This document shows positions 51,065-61,517 of a stretch of 64,000 nucleotides of DNA, in pieces (positions within the stretch are counted from its first letter, which is position 1; every line of letters begins with the position of its first letter). Where the stretch lies: contig NIVC01000750.1 of assembly GCA_002269645.1 (NCBI GenBank), positions 129,915 through 193,914 on the forward strand, given 5' to 3'. The position numbers and the translations under genes are program-made. The DNA comes from Macrostomum lignano. Lineage: Eukaryota. The notes under the pieces are model-generated. The model did not search any database. It saw only the letters and a program-made list of their open reading frames with translations, and was not told the DNA's origin.

Positions 51065-51125
51065 GCTAGCCTAGAGCTGAACAGACCAGACTGCTAATGC
51101 AGCGACCTAGGTTCGAATCTAAGTA
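51065..51125 (+). other. Degenerate tRNA-like/SINE head fragment inside the Helitron candidate
   Basis: TAGCCTAG...AGACTGCTAAT...GGTTCGAATCT resembles A box, anticodon arm and B box; no intact cloverleaf. Confidence 0.35.
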
Positions 51126-51199
51126 GTTTAAAAGTAGTAGTGTAAAATTTTTTATTAAAAGGTTTTATTAAAGGACTAAATAAAAACACTTAAATTACT

Positions 51200-53575
51200 G
51201 CACTCGATAAGCCAAGGATTATTGCTATTAATAAACCAAGGACTACTGCACTCGATAAACCAAGGACTATTGCTCTTGGCAAACCAAAGATTACTGCACT
51301 TGATTAATCAAGGATTATTGCTATTAATAAACCAAGGATTACGGCACTTGGAAAACCAAGGATTACTGCACTCGATAAACCAAGGACTATTGCTCTTGGC
51401 AAACCAAGGATTACTGCACTCAAGAAGCCAAGAATTATTGCACTTAGAAAACCAAGGATTAATGCACTCGATAAACCAAGGACTATTGCTCTTGGCAAAC
51501 CAAGGATTACTGCACTCAAGAAGCCAAGGATTATTGCTATTAATAAACCAAGGATTACTGCACTTGGAAAACCAAGGATTACTGCACTCGATAAACCAAG
51601 GACTATTGCACTTGATAAACCAAGGAATATTGCACTTGATAGGCCAAGGATTACTGCACTTGATAAACCAAGGATTATTGCACTTGATAGGCCAAAGATT
51701 ACTGCGCTTGATAAACCAAGGAATATTGCACTTGATAGGCCAAGGATTATTGCACTTGATAAGCCAAGGATTACTGCGCTTGATAAACCAAGGATTATTG
51801 CACTTGATAAACAAAGGATTATTGCACTTGATAAACAAAGGATTATTGCACTTGATAAACAAAGGATTATTGCACTTGATAAACCAAGGATTATTGCACT
51901 TGATAAGCCAAGGATTATTGCACTTGATAAGCCATGGATTATTGCACTTGATAGTAAAGAATGTTGCACTTGATAAGCCAAGGATTAATGCACTGGATTA
52001 TTCAAGGATTATTGATATTAATAAACCAAGGACTACTCCACTCGATAAACCAAGGATTATTGCTCTTAATAAACCAAGGATTACTGCACTTGGAAAACTA
52101 AGGATTACTGCACTCGATAAACCAAAGACTATTGCACTTGATAAACCAAGGATTATTGCACTTGATAGGCCAAGGATTACTGCACTTGATAAACCAAGGA
52201 TTATTGCACTTGATAGGCCAAAAATTACTGCGCTTGATAAACCAAGGATTATTGCACTTGATAAACCAAGGATTATTGCACTTGATAAGCCAAGGATTAT
52301 TGCACTTGATAAACCAATGATTATTGCAGTTGATAAGCCAAGGATTATTGCATCTGATAAACCAAAGATTATTGCACTTGATAAACCAAGGATTATTGCA
52401 CTTGATAAACAAAGGATTATTGCACTTGATAGGCCAAAGATTACTGCGCTTGATAAACCAAGAATTATTGCACTTGATAAACCAAGGATTATTGCACTTG
52501 ATAAGCCAAGGATTATTGCACTTGATAAACCAAGGATTATTGCAGTTGATAAGCCAAGGATTATTGCATCTGATAAACCAAGGATTATTGCACTTGATAA
52601 ACCAAGGATTATTGCACTTGATAAACCAAGGATTATTGCACTTGATAAACCAAGGATTATTGCTCTTGGCAAACCAAGGATTACTGCACTCGATAAGCCA
52701 AGGATTATTGCTCTTAATAAACCAAGGATTACTGCACTTGGAAAACTAAGGATTACTGCACTCGATAAACTAAGGATTATTGCTCTTGGCAAACCAAGGA
52801 TTATTGCACTTGATAGGCCAAGGATTACTGCACTTGATAAACCAAGGATTATTGCACTTGATAAACCAAGGATTATTGCACTTGATAAGCCAAGGATTAT
52901 TGCACTTGATAGGCCAAGGATTACTGCGCTTGATAAACCAAGGATTATTGCACTTGATAAACCAAGGATTATTGCAGTTGATAAGCCAAGGATTATTGCA
53001 CTTGATAAACCAAGGATTATTACACTTGATAAACCAAGGATTATTGCACTTGATAAACCAAGGATTATTGCACTTGATAGGCCAAGGATTACTGCACTTG
53101 ATAAACCAAGGATTATTGCACTTGATAGGCCAAAGATTACTGCGCTTGATAAACCAAGGATTATTGCAGTTGATAAGCCAAGGATTATTGCACTTGATAA
53201 ACCAAGGATTATTTCACTTGATAAACCAAGGATTATTGCACTTGATAAACAAATATTGCACTTGATAAACCAAGGATTATTGCACCTGATAAGCCAAGGA
53301 TTACTGCGCTAGATAAACCAAGGATTATTGCACTTAATAAACCAAGGATTATTGCACTTAATAAACCAAGGATTATTGCACTTGATAAACCAAGGATTAT
53401 TGCACTTGATAAACAAAGGATTATTGCACTTGATAAACCAAGGATTATTGCACTTTATAAGCCAAAGATTACTGCACTTGATAAACCAAGGATTATTGCA
53501 CTTGATAAACCAAGGATTATTGCACTTGATTAATCAAGGATTATTGCTATTAATAAACCAAGGATTATTGCACTA
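51200..53575. repeat. 21-bp minisatellite GCACTTGATAAACCAAGGATT(ATT), ~2.4 kb
   Basis: Inside the Helitron candidate; source of the 696-aa ALDKPRII ORF. Confidence 0.97.
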
Positions 53576-53709
53576 GCTGAGAAGCTGATTACTGCGCTGT
53601 CTAAAAAAGAGATTATTGCGCTCGCTGAGACGTGGATTGTTGCACAACCTGAGAAAGCGATTATTGCATTAGCGGAAGTAACATTTGCACTAGCTACTTG
53701 CTGTCTCGT

Positions 53710-54190
53710 GGATGCTTGCTCTCGAGGGGGGATACTTGCTATTTGGGAGAGGGGGTACTGGCTACATGCATGGGATTCTTTCTATCCAGGGATGCTTGCT
53801 ATTCAGGGATTCTTGCTATCTGCAGGATGCTTGCTATTTAGGGATTCTTGCTATCTGCAGGATGCTTGCTATCTGGGTGGATGCTTCTATAATATCTGGG
53901 GGGTGCTTGCTATCTGCAGAATGCTTCTATAATATCTGGGGGTGCTTGCTATCTGCAGAATGCTTGCTATCTGGGTGGATGCTTCTATAATATCTGGGGG
54001 TGCTTGCTATCTGCAGAATGCTTGCTATCTGGGTGGATGCTTCTATAATATCTGGGGGTGCTTGCTATCTGCAGAATGCTTGCTATCTGGGTGGATGCTT
54101 CTATAATATCTGGGGGTGCTTGCTAATCTGCAGATGCTTGCTATCTGTGGTGATTCTTGCTATGAGCATTAGAGGATGCTTGCTATCTGC
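53710..54190. repeat. Composite GATGCTTGCTATCT / GGGGGTGCTTGCTATCTGCAGAATGCTTCTATAATATCT repeat
   Basis: Inside the Helitron candidate. Confidence 0.88.
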
Positions 54191-54942
54191 GATTGTTCAC
54201 TTTTGGAGGGGTTGCTTGCTGTCTTGGGAATATTTTCTATTTAGGGAAACGATATTTTGTTGACTGTTTGTTAATTTTAGAGAAAAAGTGATTTTTTAAT
54301 TTTGCAAACATCTTAGTCCGTGACAATTTTACACGAATAAGGTGATTTTTAAAATGTGAAGAAGGAATTAGTGTTTAAGAAAATGTGTTTTTTTATTGTT
54401 TTCCATGAACTATTTTTGCTCCTTTCTTATTGGGCGCCCCGAAGGGGGGCCGCACTAGATTGCTAGTGATGATAACTAAATGGGGCCAACCGGTACAGTA
54501 TGTGCGTGCATACTACTGTCAGTTCAGTAGAAAGATAACAGAAGAATTTTAATATTGCGCAGTAAAGACAAAAATGCTCAATAAATTCATCGAGCCTATG
54601 ATCAGAATCTCTTGCAGGTGGGTTTCTATCGCCATTTTAACTGCCGTTTTTTAAATACCCCGTATATTCTTTCTGTCTACTGAACTGGAAACTAGAAAAC
54701 TAGAAAGTAAAAAACAATAGATGGGCCACTCCATTGTCGCTTTTGATTACGAGACTACTATGAGCGTCTATTTAGAGTTTTTTCTTATAAATTTGCGCAT
54801 CAAAATAAATAAGTACATGTATATAGTTTTTGTCTGTGGCTCAAACCACAGGATCAACTTTGTTTGAGACTCGCTCAGAATTTTACGCTAGTTATTCTGT
54901 AAAGCAATTTAACCTACATTTATAGATGAAATCCGACAGAAA

Positions 54943-55988
54943 ATGAGTCTGAATTTGTCTGGCGACTACGAGGATCCCAACGGCGATCGGCGACTGCCGA
55001 CAACTGGCCAGCTTCGCATCCAGCTGTCCATGCTGGGCGACCATGTCTGGGCGTCGGACACCTCCTACGACGATTTGTTCACCGAAGACGCCTGGAAACA
55101 GAGGCTTTTCCGTCGGTACAGACAGGCTGCTGGCCTGAGCCCCCTGAACTGCGTTCGGCACTACTCTTACCTGGCGCACTTGCAGCGGCTGCAGCGAAAG
55201 ATGGAGGAATCTTTGAAGCCCCATCGAAGCTTGGAGGCTCGGGTTAAGGTGAACGGAATGGAGCGATTTACAAGGGCAGCAGGTGTTCGCTTGGCTGTCT
55301 CTTCTGACTCAGAGTGATTTCCGAGTGTGACATCGGTGATTCTAGAGTGGGACATATATTGTTTAGGTGAATTTTAGTCTGACACATAAAGCTCTAGAGT
55401 CTGACTCATGTAGCTCTAGAGTCTGACTCACGTAGCTCTAGACTCTGACACATGTAGCTCTAGACTCTGACACATGTAGCTCTAGACTCTGACACATGTA
55501 GCTCTAGACTCTGACACATGTAGCTCTAGAGTCTGACACATGTAGCTCTAGAGTCTGACACATGTAGCTCTAGACTCTGACACATGTAGCTCTAGAGTCT
55601 GACACATGTAGCTCTAGACTCTGACACATGTAGCTCTAGAGTCTGACACATGTAGCTCTAGATTCTGACACATGTCGCTCTAGACTCTGACACATGTAGC
55701 TCTAGAGTCTGACACGGGTGGTTTCGAAGTCTGACGCGGGCAGCTAGACAACAAGTACACGCGCACCAACAGGGTATGAAAGAAGCTGTTCAAGAGGCCC
55801 CGAAGTCCGCATTCGACTCCATCCAAGAGCCAAAACGCCGGCAGCTGGCCGAAAAGTGCAATGCCACTCTTCGATGGTTGGCTGAGAAAGAGAGAAATCC
55901 TGCCAGCCCGGATGAGTACCGCCGCATGGAGAATGATCTCAACTCGGCTTTTCAGGAGGCGTTCAAGCGGCGATTCACTCTCGCGTGA
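54943..55988 (+). CDS. Small two-exon protein (~173 aa) whose C-terminal half resembles the Hsp70 alpha-helical lid subdomain
   Basis: Exons 54943-55248 (AAG|GTGAAC) and 55773-55988 (CAACAG|GGT) join in phase 0. RSLEARVKGMKEAVQE...DSIQEPKRRQLAEKCNATLRWL...ASPDEYRRMENDL aligns by eye with recalled HSPA8 NSLESYAFNMKATVED...[22 protein letters not shown]...AEKEEFEHQQKEL. An upstream exon is not excluded. Confidence 0.72.
55385..55715. repeat. 22-bp minisatellite TCTGACACATGTAGCTCTAGAC
   Basis: Fills the intron of the Hsp70-lid-like gene. Confidence 0.95.
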
Positions 55989-56104
55989 TCTGTCGCCAAT
56001 GCCAAACTGCTGGACTGCACGGCCGGGGCAGCACTGATCTGGTCTAGTGAGCCTTGGCGGACCTGATTGGGCCTGACTAACAGGATTTAAAATCTCTGTC
56101 TTTT

Positions 56105-57135
56105 CGATCCTCTACTTCTCTGCCTCCATCTCTTCTCACTCTCTCCCTTCATCTCTTCTCACTCTCTTCCTTCATCCTTTCTTAAACTCTCCCTTCATCT
56201 CTTCTCACTCTCTTCCTTCATCCCTTCTTAAACTCTCCCTTCATCTCGTCTCACTCTCTTCCTTCATCCCTTCTTAAACTCTCCCTTCATCTCTTCTCAC
56301 TCTCTTCCTTCATCCCTTCTTAAACTCTCCCTTCATCTCTTCTCACTCTCTTCCTTCATCTCTTCTCACTCTCTTCCTTCATCCCTTCTTAAACTCTCCC
56401 TTCATCTCGTCTCACTCCCCTCCTTCATCCCTTCTTAACCTCTCCCTTCATCTCTTCTCAATCTCTTCCTTCATCTCTTCTCACTCTCTTCCTTCATCCC
56501 TTCTTAAACTCTCCCTTCATCTCTTCTCACTCTCTTCCTTCATCCCTTCTTAAACTCTCCCTTCATCTCGTCTCACTCTCTTCCTTCATCCCTTCTTAAA
56601 CTCTCCCTTCATCTCTTCTCACTCTCTTCCTTCATCTCTTCTCACTCTCTTCCTTCATCCCTTCTTAAACTCTCCCTTCATCTCGTCTCACTCCCCTCCT
56701 TCATCCCTTCTTAACCTCTCCCTTCATCTCTTCTCAATCTCTTCCTTCATCTCTTCTCACTCTCTTCCTTCATCCCTTCTTAAACTCTCCCTTCATCTCG
56801 TCTCACTCTCTTCCTTCATCTCTTCTCACTCTCTTCCTTCATCCCTTCTTAACCTCTCCCTTCATCTCTTCTCACTCTCTTCCTTCATCTCTTCTCACTC
56901 TCTTCCTTCATCCCTTCTTAACCTCTTCCTTCATCTCGTCTCACTCTCTTCCTTCATCCCTTCTTAAACTCTCCCTTCATCTCTTCACGTTCTGTCTCTC
57001 ACATCTCTTCTTACTCTCTCCCTTCATCTCTTCTGAATCTCTCTCTCTCTTCGTATCTTCTCACTCTCTCCCTGCATTTATTCTCATTCTCATTCTCTAC
57101 CTCCAACTCTTCTCACTCTCTCCCTTCATCGCTTC
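56105..57135. repeat. Pyrimidine-rich composite repeat (CCTTCATCTCTTCTCACTCTCTT units)
   Basis: Direct reading. Confidence 0.92.
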
Positions 57136-57471
57136 TCACTCTCTGTCTCCATCTCTTCTCATCATCTGTATTTCGTTTTGCGAGTGAACCCACTTTAAGT
57201 TTAGCCCAACTAAAGCCCTACTCCTATATAGATATAGCAGTCTTGTCTCGCTGCTTTATTCTTGTAACCTCGGAAACTTGTCAATACTCTCAGTTGTTAA
57301 CATTATTACAAGAAAAAATTCAGCTATACGTGTTGGAACTTTATTGACTTTTTCTGACAATGCACTTAATAAACACGCAGTTTTGATTATCAGGAGGTAC
57401 CAGAATTTCGAAGGAACAACAAATGTTTATAATTTTTCTTCAAACTTAATTCTTTCAACACCCTCAACACC

Positions 57472-58308
57472 CGCCACACCCTTCCCAACCGCCACACCCT
57501 CCCCAACCGCCACACCCTCCCCAACCACAACACCATCCTCAAAAGCCACACCCTTCCCCAACCGTCACACACTCCCCAACCCCCACACCCTAACCAACCG
57601 CCACACCCTCCCCAACCGCCACACCCTCCCGAACAGCCACACCCTCCCCAACCGCGACACCCTCCCCAACTGCCACACCCTCCCGAACAGCCACACCCTC
57701 CCCAACCGCGACACCCTCCCCAACCGCCACACACTCCCCAACCCCCACACCCTAACCAACCGCCACACCCTCCCCAACTGCCACACCCTCCCGAACAGCC
57801 ACACCCTCCCCAACCGCGACACCCTCCCCAACTGCCACACCCTCCCGAACAGCCACACCCTCCCCAACCGCGACACCCTCCCCAACCGCCACACACTCCC
57901 CAACCCCCACACCCTAACCAACCGCCACACCCTCCCGAACAGCCACACCCTCCCCAACCGCGACCCACTCCCCAACTGCCACACCCTCCCGAACAGCCAC
58001 ACCCTCCCCTAACCGCGACACCCTCCCCAACCGCCACACACTCCCCAACCCCCACACCCTCCCCAACTGCCACACCCTCCCCAACTGCCACACCCTCCCG
58101 AACAGCCACACCCTCCCCAGCCGCGACACCCTCCCCAACTGCCACACCCTCCCCAAAAGCCACACCCTCCCTAACCGCCACACCCTCCCCAACCGCCACA
58201 CACTCCCCAGCCGCCACACCCTCCCCAACCGCCACACCCTCCCCAACCGCCACACACTCCCCAGCCGCCACACCCTCCCCAACCGCCACACCCTCCCCAA
58301 CAGCCACA
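57472..58308. repeat. C-rich 18-bp minisatellite CCACACCCTCCCCAACCG
   Basis: About 46 copies. Confidence 0.95.
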
Positions 58309-58688
58309 GCTTCCATGCTGTAATTAAAATTTGCCAATCCATTAAGCCGCAACCCTCCTGCGAGCCAATACAATAAAGTAAATATTAATTTAATTAATTA
58401 AGTAACAATCAACTCAAGTGTGAGGTGAGCCAGTACTCGATCTGCCAAGTATCAAATCTAGTTGAGCGTATGGGACGATAATGGATGAGCCTTCAGATAT
58501 TTTTCGAGCCTGGATACATGATAGATGGATCTCATCTACGAAGTAATGTCTCCCATTTAGAATTCCAATATTTACTTAGACAACTGGGGCTTTCAACTCT
58601 TCATACTGTAGCTTAATCATCCCTAATTGTTTGTTGGGAAGTGGCACACCTGCGCAGCAGAGAGACCAGATCCTTAATTGCAAATGGA

Positions 58689-58696
58689 TATATAAG
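58689..58696 (+). promoter_or_regulatory. Candidate TATA box for the GPCR
   Basis: TATATAAG ending 45 nt before the first ATG; based on position and sequence only. Confidence 0.3.
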
Positions 58697-58740
58697 TGGC
58701 AACAAAAACATTCCGCATTGTCAGCAGCAGCTGCACAGAA

Positions 58741-59724
58741 ATGGGCGAGTGGAACACTTTGCCAGTGACTATTTCGCTGCTAAGCTTGGCAATCCTGCTC
58801 AACATTCTCTTATTGGCGTTCGCGTTGCGTCATCGGATTGCGTCTAGATCGGCCACCTATCTGGTCCGCAGTCAGTCGGCAATTGACCTGCTAGTTGTTG
58901 TCACTAATCTGGTGTTTGTTCAGCTACAAGCGATACCAAAACCGGGCGCCGACGTCGCGGAAGTAACCGCCGGTTGGATTGCCTTCTGTCTCCTAGGCAA
59001 CCAGGGGACAATTCAAGTTTGGTATCTAATTATCTGCAGTATCTACAATAATCTGGCATTCTCGATTGAGCGCTGTCTGTGCATCAGCTGTCCGTTCTGG
59101 TGGAAGCGACACGAATGGACAGTTATGAAACTGTTCTACACGATGGTGTTTACAAGTGGTTTCTATGGTTACGTACCGGCCACGCTATTGTCCGCATGGC
59201 CACAAGCGATTCCATTGGATTCCAACTACACCATTGAAGATGGTTCAGAAGAGCTCATCAACAATGCAACCCTGCAGTCGCCGGCTCCAACGATTATAAT
59301 ATGCGATTTTCGCAGTCAAGTGTCATCCACGCTGATCACCGTGCTGGTGTGGCTCTGCTGGGGCACGGTGATATTCCTGCCAGCAGTCTGTATGCTGTGC
59401 TGCTACGCCATCATCATTGTGCAGCTGAGACGATCGGCCGGATTGCAACCGAATGGATCAAAATCGGAAGCCGCATCGCGTCGATTAACGTTAATAATCG
59501 GCCTGACCGTAGTCGCGTTCATCGCGTTGAACATGCCAGATTCATGTAGCTCGATGCTGTGGTACGTAGATCCGATGGCGGCCGCGCAAATTAATCCCAT
59601 GGCCGTGCTGTTTGTATTCCCGTTCTTGTCTGCCATCAACTCGCTAGTGAATCCGCTGATCTATTTGGCTTTTCAACGACAGTTTACGCAATTTGTGTTT
59701 CCGTGCTGCATTCGTGGGGACTAG
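58741..59724 (+). CDS. Intronless rhodopsin-family (class A) GPCR, orphan
   Basis: 327 aa from the first ATG (the track's 58696 start is GTG). Seven hydrophobic segments, TM2 SQSAIDLL, TM3 SIERC (DRY variant) followed by ISCPF, ECL2 Cys (ICDF) with N-glycosylation sites NYT and NAT, TM7 NSLVNPLIY. Confidence 0.9.
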   Translation: MGEWNTLPVTISLLSLAILLNILLLAFALRHRIASRSATYLVRSQSAIDLLVVVTNLVFVQLQAIPKPGADVAEVTAGWIAFCLLGNQGTIQVWYLIICSIYNNLAFSIERCLCISCPFWWKRHEWTVMKLFYTMVFTSGFYGYVPATLLSAWPQAIPLDSNYTIEDGSEELINNATLQSPAPTIIICDFRSQVSSTLITVLVWLCWGTVIFLPAVCMLCCYAIIIVQLRRSAGLQPNGSKSEAASRRLTLIIGLTVVAFIALNMPDSCSSMLWYVDPMAAAQINPMAVLFVFPFLSAINSLVNPLIYLAFQRQFTQFVFPCCIRGD

Positions 59725-61517
59725 AAGGAGGCCATTATATATATGCATGCATGCAATGGTAACAACTCATTCCTCATGTGTACTCGATCTCGATCATACA
59801 TTTTCAAGCGTATTATCGAACGCCTGTGCATGCGCATGAACAACTACATGTGCACTTAACATGTATATGAATGTAAATCGGAATATAATAATATCGTGTA
59901 TTACATCTACTTGTGAATACAGTAATTGTAAGTTAGCAAAGCAATTTAACAGAAAGGTGCGCGCGATAATTCATCTAATTTTACTTCTGTAGCTATACTG
60001 TATGTACAATTGCCATGATCAAAATAGCTCCTAGCTATGATAGTCAAAATTTCCTTATGCCCAGTAGATAAACCTTTTGTATCACAACAATGTATTTGTG
60101 TTGAAAAACCTTCATGCACGGAAACATGTACACGTATACTGTACAAGCAGCTATACGCGGGTTATGATAAGTGTTACATGTACATCCATCATGCATGTAC
60201 AGCGCGCGTGTATTAGTAATTTCGATATTTTCTTACAATTAATTTATATAATATGCTATTCAACTATTTTATTTAAAATCTGTCACCCATTAGTGAGCTA
60301 GGTTCAACTTGGAATTATTTTGACTGGAATCATTCAGAGCAACTACTATTACCTGACGTTAAAAACACGAAAACATATCCGGCACCATTTGAATCGTGAA
60401 GAATTTCCTAGAAATAAACTTCTTGTTTGTCATGATTGACTCAATTTTAGTGCTTTGAGATGATGTTCTTGGTCTATTTCATAAACTTTCATGTAGCTTT
60501 ATGAATTCGTAGTTACTAAATAACAAGATTATATTTCCCAGGAAAAAATTAATGTATTTAGAGCTAGACCTTTTGATACTTACTGTGTCCTGTGTGTTCT
60601 GGTTTTGGATAGCCATAGGACAGCGATTGGTAGAGAGGAAACTAATCATTTTTTATTTCAATATAATATATCTATACTCAGCATTCATTTTTCCCTTTGG
60701 GCACTAACCCAAAAATAGCGACTGCATTAGCAGAAATGTTATACTATTCAATATTTCAAAGACAAGTAACACTTAATAGCAATTTACATTGGAGAAAGAA
60801 TACTTTAACAAGAAACTTTCTACTTGATCATCGAATTTAGTATTGACCAAAGCCTTAGCCAAAGGCATATTGTTAACCTTATATTCTAGGGTGTAAAGTT
60901 GAAGGTGAAACTCTCTTTTGAAATTTATGATTTAACTTGATTAGACTATTTCATCTTACTGTCTTAGACTAGCTATATATATTGTGTATCCAAAGTTTCC
61001 AAAACCTATTTAGATTTTAGACATTTGGTTTATAGAAAGAAAATCTTTCCCCAAAATTATGACACAGCAAGCATTTTACATGCTTGCATGACAATTTACT
61101 AGTCATTTTATTTTTAATATGCCAAACATTGAGATATATAAAACTAGATTGTATATAAGTGTATCATTTTTCAAATTATACTACTTAGATATTTAATATA
61201 TTGTATAGTATCTTTTTGATATAACAAAAAATTTTCATTCAAATAAAATATGACCTAAAATCTTTGTAATGTGAAAATCAATAATAAATGTAAAATGACA
61301 AGAATGCATAGGATTAAAACAAAATATGTTCAAATTTCAAATATTTTTTTTGAAATATTTAGTTTTGCTATAGAAATATTAGTTGTAATCTTAGCTTAAA
61401 CATTCAAAATATGTCTGCCAAGTGTAATTTAAAGAACATTTGACTCTGCTTACATTGTTTCTGCATAAAGTCTAGATCAGGTGGCAAATATTGAGCCTTC
61501 TTGTTAAATAAACTATC

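Larger units (their letters stand above)
50506..54466 (+). mobile_element. Non-autonomous Helitron candidate (~3.96 kb) carrying a (GT)n tract and two minisatellite arrays
   Basis: 5' A|TCCAATATACTAAAAT, then (GT)n and AAAAACGGCTCAACCGATTTT (Lep1-like layout as recalled). 3' hairpin GGCGCCCC-GAA-GGGGGGCC (54433-54451), 11 nt, then CTAG|T. No TSD; A/T target. Pairing of the two ends is inferred. Confidence 0.68.

Noticed and set aside
51222-53312. 696-aa ORF (ALDKPRII / LHLINQG repeats)
   Set aside because: Pure translation of a 21-bp tandem array, with several frames open, a non-ATG start and no unique domain.
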